Made by a program: the position numbers and the translations under genes. From positions 32,459 through 96,458 of the forward strand of contig DYOU01000001.1 of the NCBI GenBank assembly GCA_020720365.1: 64,000 bases of DNA, read 5' to 3'. Every line of letters starts with the position of its first letter. Positions within the stretch are counted from its first letter, which is position 1. This stretch comes from Candidatus Elulimicrobium sp. Its GTDB lineage: Bacteria > Omnitrophota > Gorgyraeia > Zapsychrales > Fredricksoniimonadaceae. The notes below the pieces were generated by a model. It was not told the origin of the DNA, ran no database searches, and saw only the letters and a program-made list of their open reading frames with translations. Below are positions 28,127-38,461 of the stretch, piece after piece.

Positions 28127-28789
28127 ATGGTAAAGAAACCGCATGAAGCAACACCGGATTTCTATGATATGGATCAGTGGCGTATCTTTCGTATCATGGC
28201 AGAATTCGTTGAAGGGTTTGACGGGTTGCATCATGTGAATAATGCTGTCACCATCTTTGGTTCGGCCAGGTTGAAGCCGACGCATAAGATGTATCAGTTG
28301 GCGGAGCAGACGTCCAAGCTGCTTGTGCAGAACGGTTTTGCTGTTATTACTGGCGGCGGCCCGGGGATCATGGAAGCAGGGAACCGCGGGGCGTTCCTGG
28401 CCAAGGGGGAAAGTATCGGCCTGAACATCGAACTGCCTTTTGAGCAGAAGCCGAATCCCTATATCCGTACGCTGATCAATTTTCACTATTTCTTTTGCCG
28501 TAAAGTCATGTTCGTAAAATATGCTAAAGCGGTCGTTGTTTTTCCCGGAGGCTTTGGCACACTGGATGAGCTTTTTGAAAGTCTGACCCTGACCCAGACA
28601 GGCCGCATGCCCAAAGTCCCGGTTATTATGGTGGGCAGTTATTTCTGGAAAGGCCTGCAGGGGTGGATGAAAGAAAGCCTGCTGGGGGAAAGATGTATCG
28701 ACGAGGACGATCTTAAGCTGTATCAGGTTGTGGATGAGCCGGCCGAGGTGGTCAAGATCATTAAGGATTTCTACCGTAAAAAGAAATGA
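28127..28789 (+). CDS. LOG-family protein (TIGR00730; cytokinin riboside 5'-monophosphate phosphoribohydrolase-like / nucleotide N-glycosidase)
   Basis: VTIFGSARLK, VITGGGPGIMEAGNRGA, PGGFGTLDELFE are LOG family signatures. Confidence 0.8.
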   Translation: MVKKPHEATPDFYDMDQWRIFRIMAEFVEGFDGLHHVNNAVTIFGSARLKPTHKMYQLAEQTSKLLVQNGFAVITGGGPGIMEAGNRGAFLAKGESIGLNIELPFEQKPNPYIRTLINFHYFFCRKVMFVKYAKAVVVFPGGFGTLDELFESLTLTQTGRMPKVPVIMVGSYFWKGLQGWMKESLLGERCIDEDDLKLYQVVDEPAEVVKIIKDFYRKKK

Positions 28790-28795
28790 TGTCCT

Positions 28796-29596
28796 ATGGC
28801 CAATAAATCACGCGTTCTTGTATTACGTACGGCGGGGACCAATTGTAATGTTGAGACGGCGTTCGCTTTTACCCGGTGCGGAGCCCACGTGGATGAGGTT
28901 CATCTTGAAGAGCTGTTTGCCCGTCGCGTATCGATGAAAGATTATCATATTATAGCGCTGCCGGGCGGATTCAGCTACGGTGATGACATTGCCTCCGGAC
29001 GCATTTTTGCCAATGAACTGCGGGTGCGGCTGGGGGAGGATGTAGCGAAGTTCATGAAAGATAAGAAATTGATCATTGGCATTTGTAACGGCTTTCAGAT
29101 CCTGGTTAAGGCCGGGATCCTGCCGGGCCCTTTTGAGGTCGGGGCAAAGACGATACAGACGGCGACATTGTTTAATAATGATTCCGGGAAGTTTGAAGAT
29201 CGCTGGGTGCATTTAAAGACTTCCGGTGAGTGCGTGTGGACGCAGGGATTGGCAAAGACGATCTTTGTTCCGGTAGCGCATGGCGAGGGCAAGTTTATTC
29301 CGGCCAGCAAGAAAGTCCTCGATGGGCTAAAGGTAAAAGGCCAGATTGTCTTCTCTTATGTGGCCGCAGATGGGAGCAAGCCTGTTTATCCTGATAATCC
29401 GAATGGATCCACCGAAGATATCGCGGGCTTGACAGACCCGACAGGCCGGATTTTAGGGCTGATGCCGCATCCGGAACGGCATTTTCTGGCTACGCAACAT
29501 CCTTTCTGGACGCGGCTGAAGAAGAAATCCCGGTTTGGTGACGGCGCGAAAGTCTTTCAGAATGGCGTTGATTATGTGAAGAAGAACTTACTGTAA
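28796..29596 (+). CDS. purQ: Phosphoribosylformylglycinamidine synthase I (glutaminase subunit)
   Basis: RVLVLRTAGTNCNVE..., catalytic GICNGFQIL, GLMPHPER; 266 aa. Confidence 0.85.
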   Translation: MANKSRVLVLRTAGTNCNVETAFAFTRCGAHVDEVHLEELFARRVSMKDYHIIALPGGFSYGDDIASGRIFANELRVRLGEDVAKFMKDKKLIIGICNGFQILVKAGILPGPFEVGAKTIQTATLFNNDSGKFEDRWVHLKTSGECVWTQGLAKTIFVPVAHGEGKFIPASKKVLDGLKVKGQIVFSYVAADGSKPVYPDNPNGSTEDIAGLTDPTGRILGLMPHPERHFLATQHPFWTRLKKKSRFGDGAKVFQNGVDYVKKNLL

Positions 29597-29624
29597 GCTG
29601 GAAGGTGTTGAACGCGGGTGGCCT

Positions 29625-30623
29625 ATGAAGACGTTGACGTATAAAGACAGTGGCGTGAATATTCAACAAGCCGATGAGTTTGTCTGCGCGATCAAAGGGC
29701 TCGTGAAGTCGACGCACCATAGCGGAGTTATGGACCGCACGCGTGCTTTCGGCTCTCTTTTTCAGCTGCCCAAAGGATATAAAGAACCGGTCCTGGTTTC
29801 ATCAACCGACGGGGTTGGCACAAAGCTTCTGATCGCTAATAAGCTTGGCCAACATGATACGGTAGGTATCGACCTGGTCGCGATGAATGTGAATGATGTC
29901 CTTTGTGTAGGTGCAAAGCCGTTGTTCTTCCTGGATTATGTGGCCTGCGGGAAGGTGGATAAGAAAGTTCTTGTTGCTGTTATGGCGGGCATTGCCGAAG
30001 GCTGTCGTCAGGCGGGCTGTGCCCTTACCGGTGGAGAGACCGCTGAAATGCCGGGGATGTATAAACCTGAAGATTATGACCTGGCGGGTTTTACCGTTGG
30101 CATTGTGGAGAAGTCAAAGATCATTGATGGGGCAAGAATAAAACCAGGCGATGCCGTGATCGCACTGCCTTCCAGCGGGATCCATTCTAATGGGTATTCG
30201 CTGGTACGACGGATATTCACTCCCGCTGAGCAGAAGAAGTATGCAAAGCTGCTTCTGGAGCCGACACGTATTTATGTAAAGCATGTCCTTCCGCTCGTTG
30301 GAAAATTTGATATTCATGGGATGGCGCATAATACGGGCGGCGCTTTCTATGAGAAATTGACCAAGTGCCTGCCGGATCATTGTGCCTTGCGGATCACCAA
30401 GGGGTCATGGCCGGCGCCGGAGATCTTTCAGTTGATGAGGCGGAAGGCGGCTATCGCGGAGCGTGAATTGTACCGCACGTTTAATATGGGTGTCGGATTT
30501 ATTATTGTTGTTAATCCGGCGGACGTGGCTAAAGTACGTCAGGCGATCCTTAAGACCGGACTCCCGTCGTATGTGATCGGAGAGGTTGTTCGGCGCGGGA
30601 GAGAAAAGTTGGAACTGGTGTGA
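29625..30623 (+). CDS. purM: Phosphoribosylformylglycinamidine cyclo-ligase (AIR synthetase)
   Basis: YKDSGVNI..., DGVGTKL, GGETAEMPG, SNGYSL motifs; 332 aa. Confidence 0.9.
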   Translation: MKTLTYKDSGVNIQQADEFVCAIKGLVKSTHHSGVMDRTRAFGSLFQLPKGYKEPVLVSSTDGVGTKLLIANKLGQHDTVGIDLVAMNVNDVLCVGAKPLFFLDYVACGKVDKKVLVAVMAGIAEGCRQAGCALTGGETAEMPGMYKPEDYDLAGFTVGIVEKSKIIDGARIKPGDAVIALPSSGIHSNGYSLVRRIFTPAEQKKYAKLLLEPTRIYVKHVLPLVGKFDIHGMAHNTGGAFYEKLTKCLPDHCALRITKGSWPAPEIFQLMRRKAAIAERELYRTFNMGVGFIIVVNPADVAKVRQAILKTGLPSYVIGEVVRRGREKLELV

Positions 30624-30646
30624 AAGAATTGTCTGGGCCTATCGGT

Positions 30647-31915
30647 ATGAATATCCTTGTTATCGGTTCTGGTGGTCGTGAACACGCGTTAGTCTGGAAG
30701 ATCCGCCAGAGCCCTCGTGTGTCACAAGTGTATTGTGCCCCCGGTAATGGCGGCATTGCCGGTTTGGCGGAATGTGTGGATATTAAAGCCGATGATATTT
30801 CCGGCTTGCTAAAGTTTGCGCAGGAGCGGTCGATCGATCTAACCGTCGTCGGACCGGAAGTGCCTTTGGTTATGGGCATTGTAGATATCTTTGAGAAGGC
30901 GGGGCTAAAAGCCTTTGGCCCTTCAAAAGCTGCTGCCTGCCTGGAAGGAAGCAAGGCTTTTGCTAAAGAATTCATGACCCGCCATTGTATTCCTACCGCT
31001 GAATATGGCTCTTTTGATGATATTCTTCAGGGACGGGAGTTCCTGAAACAGTGCCAGTATCCGTTAGTGGTTAAGGCCGACGGCCTGGCGGCAGGTAAGG
31101 GTGTGATCATCTGTCAGGATAAAGCAGAGGCTGAAGAGGCGTTGCGATCCATTATGTTTGATCATATATTTAAAGATGCGGGCAAACGGGTTGTTATTGA
31201 AGAATTTCTTGTTGGTGAAGAGGCGTCGATCCTGGCTGTCGCCGATGGAAATGATTTTATTATTCTGGAGACTTCGCAGGATCATAAACGGATCTTTGAT
31301 AATGATCTTGGGCCGAACACCGGAGGAATGGGCGCTTATTCGCCGGCGCCGGTAGTGACACCTGTTTTGATGGGCCGGATCGCTGAAACTGTTATTCGGC
31401 CTGTTGTGGATGGGATGCGTCGCGACGGCGTGCCGTTCAAGGGGATTTTGTACGCAGGGGTCATGGTGACAGCGGAAGGGCCGAAGGTGCTGGAATTTAA
31501 TACCCGGTTCGGTGATCCTGAAACACAGGCCGTGCTCCCTCGGTTAAAGAGTGATATTGTGGATATGATGTTGGGGTCGGTTGAAGGCCGCCTGGCAACA
31601 ATGAAGTTGGAGTGGGACAGCCGGGCTTGTGTTTGCGTAGTTATGGCTGCCGGTGGATATCCGGGAGATTATGCTTCAGGAAAAGAAATCCAGGGTTTGA
31701 GCGATGTTGGTGACGATGCGGTGGTTTTTCACGCGGGAACGAAGCAAGAAGGAGGCCGGATCGTTTCTTCCGGCGGGCGTGTTTTAGGTGTGACAGCCCT
31801 TGGGCAGGGGATTGCGCAGGCGATCGCGCAGGCGTATGCGGCGGCCGGCAAGATCGGATTTGACGGTGTGCAGTACAGGCGGGATATCGGAAGAAAAGCT
31901 TTAAATAGAACTTGA
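30647..31915 (+). CDS. purD: Phosphoribosylamine–glycine ligase (GAR synthetase); ORF-track GTG 30620 alternative start
   Basis: MNILVIGSGGREHAL, ATP-grasp region, ~422 aa. Confidence 0.9.
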   Translation: MNILVIGSGGREHALVWKIRQSPRVSQVYCAPGNGGIAGLAECVDIKADDISGLLKFAQERSIDLTVVGPEVPLVMGIVDIFEKAGLKAFGPSKAAACLEGSKAFAKEFMTRHCIPTAEYGSFDDILQGREFLKQCQYPLVVKADGLAAGKGVIICQDKAEAEEALRSIMFDHIFKDAGKRVVIEEFLVGEEASILAVADGNDFIILETSQDHKRIFDNDLGPNTGGMGAYSPAPVVTPVLMGRIAETVIRPVVDGMRRDGVPFKGILYAGVMVTAEGPKVLEFNTRFGDPETQAVLPRLKSDIVDMMLGSVEGRLATMKLEWDSRACVCVVMAAGGYPGDYASGKEIQGLSDVGDDAVVFHAGTKQEGGRIVSSGGRVLGVTALGQGIAQAIAQAYAAAGKIGFDGVQYRRDIGRKALNRT

Positions 31916-31930
31916 GCGCAAGGGGATGAT

Positions 31931-32407
31931 ATGGTTAAAGTTCAAGTGGCTCTCATGATGGGAAGTAAGAATGACCGGCCGGTGGTGGAGGAGGCTGTCA
32001 AGATGCTGGAGGCTTTTGGGATCGGCCATGAGGTCAAGGTTCTTTCGGCGCATCGCACACCCAAACAAACAGCGGCTTATGCCGAGGCCCTTCAAGGCCG
32101 CGGGATAAAGGTGGTTATTTGTGCGGCCGGTGGGGCCGCGGCTCTTTCCGGTGTTGTGGCGGCGCATACGCAAATACCGGTGATCGGTATCCCGTTGGAT
32201 TCCATGGGATTCAATGGCCTGGATGCTTTATTATCGACAGTGCAGATGCCGCCGGGCGTCCCTGTAGCGTGCGTGGGTATTGGTAAGGCCGGCGCCAAGA
32301 ACGCCGCTTTGATCGCGGTGCGTATCCTGGCTTTGTCGGATACATTACTTTTAGGCCAGCTGGATGATTTTTCCAGGGATCAGGCGGAGAAGATCCTGAA
32401 AGGGTAA
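31931..32407 (+). CDS. purE: N5-carboxyaminoimidazole ribonucleotide mutase
   Basis: VALMMGSKNDRPVVEEA...VVICAAGGAAALSGVVAAHTQIPVIGIP; 158 aa. Confidence 0.9.
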   Translation: MVKVQVALMMGSKNDRPVVEEAVKMLEAFGIGHEVKVLSAHRTPKQTAAYAEALQGRGIKVVICAAGGAAALSGVVAAHTQIPVIGIPLDSMGFNGLDALLSTVQMPPGVPVACVGIGKAGAKNAALIAVRILALSDTLLLGQLDDFSRDQAEKILKG

Positions 32408-32417
32408 GGCGGCAGCG

Positions 32418-33488
32418 GTGAAGACAAAAGTCATCAGGGTTCATTCCAGAGAATCTGATTCTGAAGCTATTCTTGAAGCGGCGCATTGCGTTCATAAGGG
32501 CGGCCTGGTTATTTTTCCGACAGAGACAGTTTACGGGATCGCCGCTGACTGTTCCAATCCTTTGGCGATGAAGCGCCTGCGGGAGGTAAAGCGGCGTTCA
32601 GATGATAAACCGTTCTCGGTCATGATCGCGCAAAAAGAGCTGGTGCGCAATTATACACCGTATGCAGACCCTAAACTTTATAAGCTGATCGATCGTTATT
32701 GGCCGGGTCCGTTGACGGTGATCGTGCCCGCAGCCTCTGAAAAACCGGGAATGACGATCGGCATCCGGATCCCTGACCACCCGGTAGCCCTTTCTTTGGT
32801 CAAGAACGCCCGTTGTACGATCGCGGCACCGTCCGCTAATTTTGAAGGCAAGCCAGCTCCGACGACATGTGAAGAAGCTTTGGCAGACCTTGATGGGCTT
32901 GTGGATATTGCGCTTGACAGCGGAAGGGTGGATATTGGCACAGCGTCAACGATCGTTGATTTTACAAAGCCGTCGCCTGAAGTTGTGCGTGCGGGTGTGA
33001 TCGCGCAGGACGATGTGAACGCAGTGACGCAGCGTAAGCATATTCTTTTTGTTTGTACCGGCAACAGCTGCCGTTCAGTGATGGCGGAATATATATTTAA
33101 AAAGAAGATCAAGGGTATCAGGGATGTGCATGTTGAGTCCTGCGGGACAGGGGTGCTTTTCCCGACATCAGCGAGCCAGGAAGCAGTTGCGGTTGTCAGA
33201 GGATACGGGATGGATGCGCGGGAACATCTCTCACAGCCTGTGACCAATATGCTTTTGAAGAAATCAGATCTGATCTTTGTCATGACCCGTGCGCATCGTT
33301 CCCAGGTCCTGGAACGTGTTCCCGGGGTTGAGGCCAGGGTTTATTTACTCGGAGAGTTCTGCAGTGAGCCGATACGGCGGGAATCTGACCTGGATATCCC
33401 GGATCCTATTGGCCATGCCCGCGCAGAATATCAGGCGTGCGCGGCGTTCATTGAGGATTGTTTGGATAAGGTTGTAAGACTAGTGTGA
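32418..33488 (+). CDS. Fusion protein: L-threonylcarbamoyladenylate synthase (YrdC/Sua5/TsaC domain) + low-molecular-weight protein (Tyr/Arg) phosphatase domain
   Basis: N-terminal VIFPTETVYGIAAD (YrdC). C-terminal ILFVCTGNSCRS P-loop (CX4CR) and downstream D-P motif (DIPDPIG) typical of LMW-PTP. 356 aa. Confidence 0.8.
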   Translation: MKTKVIRVHSRESDSEAILEAAHCVHKGGLVIFPTETVYGIAADCSNPLAMKRLREVKRRSDDKPFSVMIAQKELVRNYTPYADPKLYKLIDRYWPGPLTVIVPAASEKPGMTIGIRIPDHPVALSLVKNARCTIAAPSANFEGKPAPTTCEEALADLDGLVDIALDSGRVDIGTASTIVDFTKPSPEVVRAGVIAQDDVNAVTQRKHILFVCTGNSCRSVMAEYIFKKKIKGIRDVHVESCGTGVLFPTSASQEAVAVVRGYGMDAREHLSQPVTNMLLKKSDLIFVMTRAHRSQVLERVPGVEARVYLLGEFCSEPIRRESDLDIPDPIGHARAEYQACAAFIEDCLDKVVRLV

Positions 33489-33517
33489 GCTCCTAATAGC
33501 AGGTGAGGGATGAAAAA

Positions 33518-33979
33518 ATGACGATCTTTATTGGTGCGGATCATCGGGGATTTGATTTAAAGGCCAGGATCATTGTGATATTGAAAGCGCAGGGCCATGA
33601 AACGATTGATGTCGGGACCTATGAGCCGGAACCGGCGTGCGATTATCCGAAACTTTCTCTGGAGGTCGCGCGTAATGTGGCGCAGCACAAGAATTCGCGA
33701 GGCATCCTTGTATGCATGACGGGAATAGGGCATTCGATCGCCGCTAATAAAGTGCCGGGGGCGTACGCAGCTTTATGTTATAACAAGGAAGCGGCAGAAC
33801 TTTCTCGTCAGCATAATAATGCGAATGTCCTGGTGCTTGGTTCCAGGTTTGTGGGAGAGCGGCAGATGATCGAGATCATTAAGGTATGGTTGTTAACTGA
33901 TTTTGAAGGCGGGCGTCATTTGCGCCGCGTTAATCAGATCAAGGCTATTGAAAAGGCATACGTTAAAAAAGCGGAATAG
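33518..33979 (+). CDS. rpiB: Ribose-5-phosphate isomerase B (RpiB/LacAB family)
   Basis: [36 protein letters not shown]; SD GAGGGA 7 nt upstream of ATG 33518. Confidence 0.85.
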   Translation: MTIFIGADHRGFDLKARIIVILKAQGHETIDVGTYEPEPACDYPKLSLEVARNVAQHKNSRGILVCMTGIGHSIAANKVPGAYAALCYNKEAAELSRQHNNANVLVLGSRFVGERQMIEIIKVWLLTDFEGGRHLRRVNQIKAIEKAYVKKAE

Positions 33980-33987
33980 AGGTGTTT

Positions 33988-35235
33988 ATGAAGTATTTGC
34001 AGAAATCTGACCCTGAAGTGTATGCAACGATCTCCCATGAACTGAAGCGGCAGCAGGAGAACCTTGAACTGATCGCTTCAGAGAATATTGTGTCTCAGGC
34101 GGTTATGGAAGCCGCGGGTTCGGTTATGACCAATAAATATGCGGAAGGGTATCCTCAGGCGCGCTGGTATAACGGTTGTGAAAATGTAGACGAAGTAGAA
34201 CAGCTGGCGCTCGACCGCTTGAAGAAGCTTTTTGGTGCCGAACATGCGAATGTGCAGGCACATTCCGGTTCGCAAGCGAATATGGCGGTGTATCTGACGG
34301 CTGTGAAGCCCGGTGACACGGTTATGGGCCTCGACCTGGCCTGCGGCGGACATTTGACGCACGGGCTCAAGATTAATTTTTCCGGCAAGCTGTATAATAT
34401 GGTGTCGTATAAAGTGGATCCGAAGACGGAACGCATTGATATGGATGAAGTCGAACGCGCGGCGGTTGAACATAAGCCGAAGATGATCATCGCCGGATAT
34501 TCGGCGTATTCACGCGAGCTGGATTTTCAGCGGTTCCGTGAGATCTGCGATAAGCTAGGGGCTTTTTTGTTTGTGGATATGGCGCACTTTGCCGGACTGG
34601 TGGCGGCGGGGATTCATCCGAGTCCTGTGCCGTATGCGCATTTTGTTACGTCAACGACGCATAAGACCTTGCGTGGCCCTCGTGGCGGGATCGTCCTGTG
34701 CAAGGCCGAGTTCGCCAAAAAGATCGATATGAATATTTTCCCTGGTATCCAGGGAGGCCCGTTGATGCATGTGATCGCGGGTAAAGCGGTTGCTTTCGGC
34801 GAGGCATTGACGCCTGAATTCAGGATCTATCAGCAGCAGGTTGTCAAGAATGCCAGGGCGTTCGCGGCGGCCATGGAGGGGCGCGGGTTCCGGATCGTTT
34901 CCGGAGGAACTGATAATCATTTATTCATGGTCGACCTGCGCCCGAAGAATATTACCGGTAAAGACGCGGCCACATTGTTGGATTCGGTCAAGATCACCGT
35001 CAATAAGAATCTTATTCCTTTTGATGTTCAGTCCCCTGCGGTGACCAGCGGAGTTCGTATTGGAACGCCGGCCTTAACAACGCGCGGGATGAAAGAAATT
35101 GAGATGAAGTTGGTGGCCGAGTTGATCGACCGCGCCGTCTTGGGCCGTGATGATCCGGCAGTGTTGAACGCGGTCCGTTCGGGAGTGGAAGCGTTGACGC
35201 GGCAATTCCCCATTTATGACGGGTTGGTCTATTAA
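33988..35235 (+). CDS. glyA: Serine hydroxymethyltransferase
   Basis: [32 protein letters not shown] (PLP-Lys); ~415 aa. Confidence 0.92.
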   Translation: MKYLQKSDPEVYATISHELKRQQENLELIASENIVSQAVMEAAGSVMTNKYAEGYPQARWYNGCENVDEVEQLALDRLKKLFGAEHANVQAHSGSQANMAVYLTAVKPGDTVMGLDLACGGHLTHGLKINFSGKLYNMVSYKVDPKTERIDMDEVERAAVEHKPKMIIAGYSAYSRELDFQRFREICDKLGAFLFVDMAHFAGLVAAGIHPSPVPYAHFVTSTTHKTLRGPRGGIVLCKAEFAKKIDMNIFPGIQGGPLMHVIAGKAVAFGEALTPEFRIYQQQVVKNARAFAAAMEGRGFRIVSGGTDNHLFMVDLRPKNITGKDAATLLDSVKITVNKNLIPFDVQSPAVTSGVRIGTPALTTRGMKEIEMKLVAELIDRAVLGRDDPAVLNAVRSGVEALTRQFPIYDGLVY

Positions 35236-35711
35236 TGAAGTGTCCTGCGTGCGGTTACAGGGATACCAAGGTCGTGGATTCCAGGGAGAATGCGGAAGCT
35301 ACGTCAATCCGTCGCCGGAGAGAGTGCCTGAAATGTTCCAAGCGTTTTACGACACATGAATATGTTGAGCAGGTGTCGTTCATGGTCATCAAGAAAGATG
35401 CGCGCCGCCAGCCGTATGACCGGTCGCGCGTGATCAACGGGATCATGAAGGCGTGTGAAAAGCGGCCGGTGAGTGTAGCGCAGGTCGAGGAAGTGGCGAT
35501 CGACATTGAACGGGCTATTCAAAAGAAATATGACCGTGAAGTGGAGTCTTCCGTGATCGGAGAGCTGATCATGGATAAGCTGGCAACGCTGGATGAGGTG
35601 GCGTATGTGCGTTTTGCTTCCGTATACCGGCAGTTCCGGGATGTGAATCATTTTATGAAAGAGATACAGGTCATTCTCGAGCGCGAGCGTGACGTGAAGG
35701 GAAAGAGATAA
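35235..35711 (+). CDS. nrdR: Transcriptional repressor NrdR (zinc ribbon + ATP-cone)
   Basis: [17 protein letters not shown]...CLKCSKRFTTHE and ATP-cone region; 158 aa. Confidence 0.9.
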   Translation: MKCPACGYRDTKVVDSRENAEATSIRRRRECLKCSKRFTTHEYVEQVSFMVIKKDARRQPYDRSRVINGIMKACEKRPVSVAQVEEVAIDIERAIQKKYDREVESSVIGELIMDKLATLDEVAYVRFASVYRQFRDVNHFMKEIQVILERERDVKGKR

Positions 35712-35712
35712 T

Positions 35713-36114
35713 ATGGTTCCTGTTGATCTGGTCAAGATCATTATTGATGAAAAAAATCATGATCAGGCTATTGTCCTGCGCGAGCGAGGAGGCAATCGTC
35801 AGATCCCGATCGTGATCGGCTATCCTGAGGCGGCGAGTATTCAGATGAAGATCTCCGGTATTTCGACTCCGCGGCCGTTGACCCATGATCTGTTTGCTTC
35901 TGTTATCACCGCTTTGGGTGGAACGGTGGAACGGATGACGATCGATGATCTGAAAGAGGGAGTTTTTTTTGCCAAACTTGTCCTGTGTGATAAAGCCGGC
36001 CGGTCACTGGCAGTTGATTGCCGTCCTTCGGATGGTATTGCGATGGCGGTTCGTCTTAATATTCCTATGTTGATCGATGAGAAAGTCTTCCTTCAGGCTG
36101 TGAAGGATGAATAG
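35713..36114 (+). CDS. Bifunctional nuclease (BFN/DUF151) domain protein
   Basis: IPIVIGYPEA...RPLTHDL...DCRPSDGIAMAVR pattern of the BFN family; 133 aa. Confidence 0.65.
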   Translation: MVPVDLVKIIIDEKNHDQAIVLRERGGNRQIPIVIGYPEAASIQMKISGISTPRPLTHDLFASVITALGGTVERMTIDDLKEGVFFAKLVLCDKAGRSLAVDCRPSDGIAMAVRLNIPMLIDEKVFLQAVKDE

Positions 36115-36126
36115 TGAGGCGCTCGT

Positions 36127-37635
36127 GTGCCGGTATTAAATGACCTTCCCGAAATCTATTCCATTATTGAATTAGCGAAAAGAAGGCAGGTTTCCGTGTT
36201 CTTGGTCGGCGGATTCTTGCGCGATCAGCACTTGAAGCGCCAGGCACGAAAGGGCGCGGACTTCGATTTTATTGTTACCGACGGCGCGATCGCTTTTGCC
36301 CGTGCCTTTGCCAAGAAAGTGCGCGGAGCTTTTGTTCTGCTGGATAAGGAATCCGGCTGCGCGCGCGTGGCCAGAAAGCTGCCCGGAGGTCTTTGGACGT
36401 ATGACTTTGCGGATCTGCGGGCGAAAGATATCGCCGGTGATATCAGAAAACGTGATTTTACCATTAACACTTTTGTGGTCGACCTGATGAAGCTTCGGGG
36501 GAACGACGATATTTTATCGGCTTGCCGGAGGAATCCAAAAGCTTTGGCGGATGTGCGCGCCCGAACGATCCGGATGACGGGTTCAGGTGCTTTTGACGAT
36601 GATCCATTGAGGCTTCTGCGTGCTTATAGTTTAAGCGCTCAGACAGGGTTCAGCATTGCTTCGTCCACGCTGGCAGCGATCCGTCCGAGAGTCCTGTTGA
36701 TACGAAACGCCTCTCCGGAACGGGTTCGGGAGGAACTGTTCAAAATATTTGAGACGTCCCGGGCGGCTGTGACAATGAGGTCTATGGCGCGGTCAGGGCT
36801 TCTGTTCGCGATCATACCGCAGTTGAAGCTGCTGGAAAGTGTGCCCAAAGGAGGGTACCATCATTTGAATGTCTGGCAGCATTCATTGTGCGCTCTTGTG
36901 GAATTTGAGAAGTTGCTGAGATCAATGGCAGGCCGTGCGCAGCTGCCGGACTATCTTGCGGAGATCGTAGGTGGAGGTCATTCTCGGTCGGCGTTGATTA
37001 AATTTGCCTGTTTGCTTCATGATACAGGAAAGCCGGAAACGCGCAGGAATCTGCCTGACGGTCGGGTGAGCTTTCACAGCCATGAGCGCGTAGGGCGGGA
37101 TATTACCAGGATCATCTGCCGGCAGTTGAAGTTATCGACAGCGGAACGTTATGTTCTTGAAGATATGGTGGCCCTGCATTTGAGGCCGGGCTATTTGACG
37201 AATTTCAAGAAGGCTCCCGATCGAATGGTCTTTCGGTTCATGCGCGATGCGAAGGAGGAAGCGGTATCGCTTCTGCTTTTGTCTCTTGCCGATCAACGCG
37301 CTACGCGCGGGCCTTTGACCAGCCCGCAGGATATTCAGCATCATGCCAATATTGTTTTACCGCTGATAGAGCTTTTTTTTGCTAAAAAGAGGGAGAAGCC
37401 GTTTGTCCGGCTGATCGATGGTGATGATCTGATCAAGGAATTAAAGTTGGCTCCCGGTCCGCAGTTCAAGGTGATCCTGGCGGCGGTGGAAGAAGCTCAG
37501 CATTTGGGAAAGGTCAAGGTTCGTGCCGAGGCGCTGGCGTTCGCTCGGCAGGAAGCAAGAAATTTCAACCCGGATCTTTCTGTTGAGAAAGCCGTGTTCA
37601 AGGAAGGGGGCAGACATGAAGATCAGAGGCATTGA
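36127..37635 (+). CDS. cca: tRNA nucleotidyltransferase (CCA-adding enzyme)/poly(A) polymerase family with HD domain
   Basis: Pol-beta head [13 protein letters not shown]...DFDF, HD region [10 protein letters not shown]...LLHDTGKP; 502 aa, GTG start. Confidence 0.8.
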   Translation: MPVLNDLPEIYSIIELAKRRQVSVFLVGGFLRDQHLKRQARKGADFDFIVTDGAIAFARAFAKKVRGAFVLLDKESGCARVARKLPGGLWTYDFADLRAKDIAGDIRKRDFTINTFVVDLMKLRGNDDILSACRRNPKALADVRARTIRMTGSGAFDDDPLRLLRAYSLSAQTGFSIASSTLAAIRPRVLLIRNASPERVREELFKIFETSRAAVTMRSMARSGLLFAIIPQLKLLESVPKGGYHHLNVWQHSLCALVEFEKLLRSMAGRAQLPDYLAEIVGGGHSRSALIKFACLLHDTGKPETRRNLPDGRVSFHSHERVGRDITRIICRQLKLSTAERYVLEDMVALHLRPGYLTNFKKAPDRMVFRFMRDAKEEAVSLLLLSLADQRATRGPLTSPQDIQHHANIVLPLIELFFAKKREKPFVRLIDGDDLIKELKLAPGPQFKVILAAVEEAQHLGKVKVRAEALAFARQEARNFNPDLSVEKAVFKEGGRHEDQRH

Positions 37636-38365
37636 AGTCCGGATTATCCGGAAGGGCGGCGCGGGGCTTCCTGTTTTAAGCGGGAAGGTCGATGAATGGA
37701 CGGTAAGGGCGGCCTTCAAAGAGGCCTTTCTTCAGGCTGCGGCAGAGGGGAAATCTTCTGTGACGGTCCCGGCGTTCGGATTTCAGGAAGGGTTATTTCC
37801 TTGCGTGGGTTGTGCGAAGATCGCTTCCCAGGAGATCTTGTGCGCGGGGCGTGAAGGGCGGGGCTCGCTCAAAGAGATCATCGTCTGTCTGGACACCGAG
37901 GAGGCTTTTTTAATATTTGAGAAACAGGTTTTTGGATATTTAAAACATGTTACGGAAGATATGGGCTGGGGGCCTTATGTGACGACGGATATTATTATTG
38001 AATTTGCTGAAGGGATTATTTTGATCGAGCGTACGAATCCGCCGTTCGGCTGGGCACTGCCGGGCGGGTTTGTGGATAATTATGAAAGCCTGGAGAGCGC
38101 GGCTATGCGCGAGGCCAAGGAAGAAACCAATCTGGAATTGAAGGACCTGGAGCAATTCAGGACGTATTCCAATCCTTTACGGGACCCGCGATTCCATACG
38201 GTTTCGACTGTCTTTATTGGAAAAGGCTTCGGGACAGCCAAGGCGGGTGATGATGCCAAGGGGCTCAGGGTCGTTCCTTTTACGAAGCTGAGGAAGTTTA
38301 AATGCGCGTTTGATCACAATCATATTATTGAAGATTATCTTAAAGCACGAAGAAAGGTTTATTGA
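37616..38365 (+). CDS. NUDIX hydrolase with N-terminal ~120-aa extra domain (possibly degenerate macro-like)
   Basis: Nudix box [30 protein letters not shown]-terminal [16 protein letters not shown]...[16 protein letters not shown] resembles the C-terminal half of a macro domain. In-frame ATG 37616 preferred over ORF-track 37523. Confidence 0.6.
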   Translation: MKIRGIEVRIIRKGGAGLPVLSGKVDEWTVRAAFKEAFLQAAAEGKSSVTVPAFGFQEGLFPCVGCAKIASQEILCAGREGRGSLKEIIVCLDTEEAFLIFEKQVFGYLKHVTEDMGWGPYVTTDIIIEFAEGIILIERTNPPFGWALPGGFVDNYESLESAAMREAKEETNLELKDLEQFRTYSNPLRDPRFHTVSTVFIGKGFGTAKAGDDAKGLRVVPFTKLRKFKCAFDHNHIIEDYLKARRKVY

Positions 38366-38461
38366 GTTGTTCTGTCATTTGGCTTGATTCTGGTATAAGA
38401 TCAGAATGGTCACAAGGCGGATGAAAAGGTTCTTTGTGAAACAGGCAGGTTTATCAAGGAG

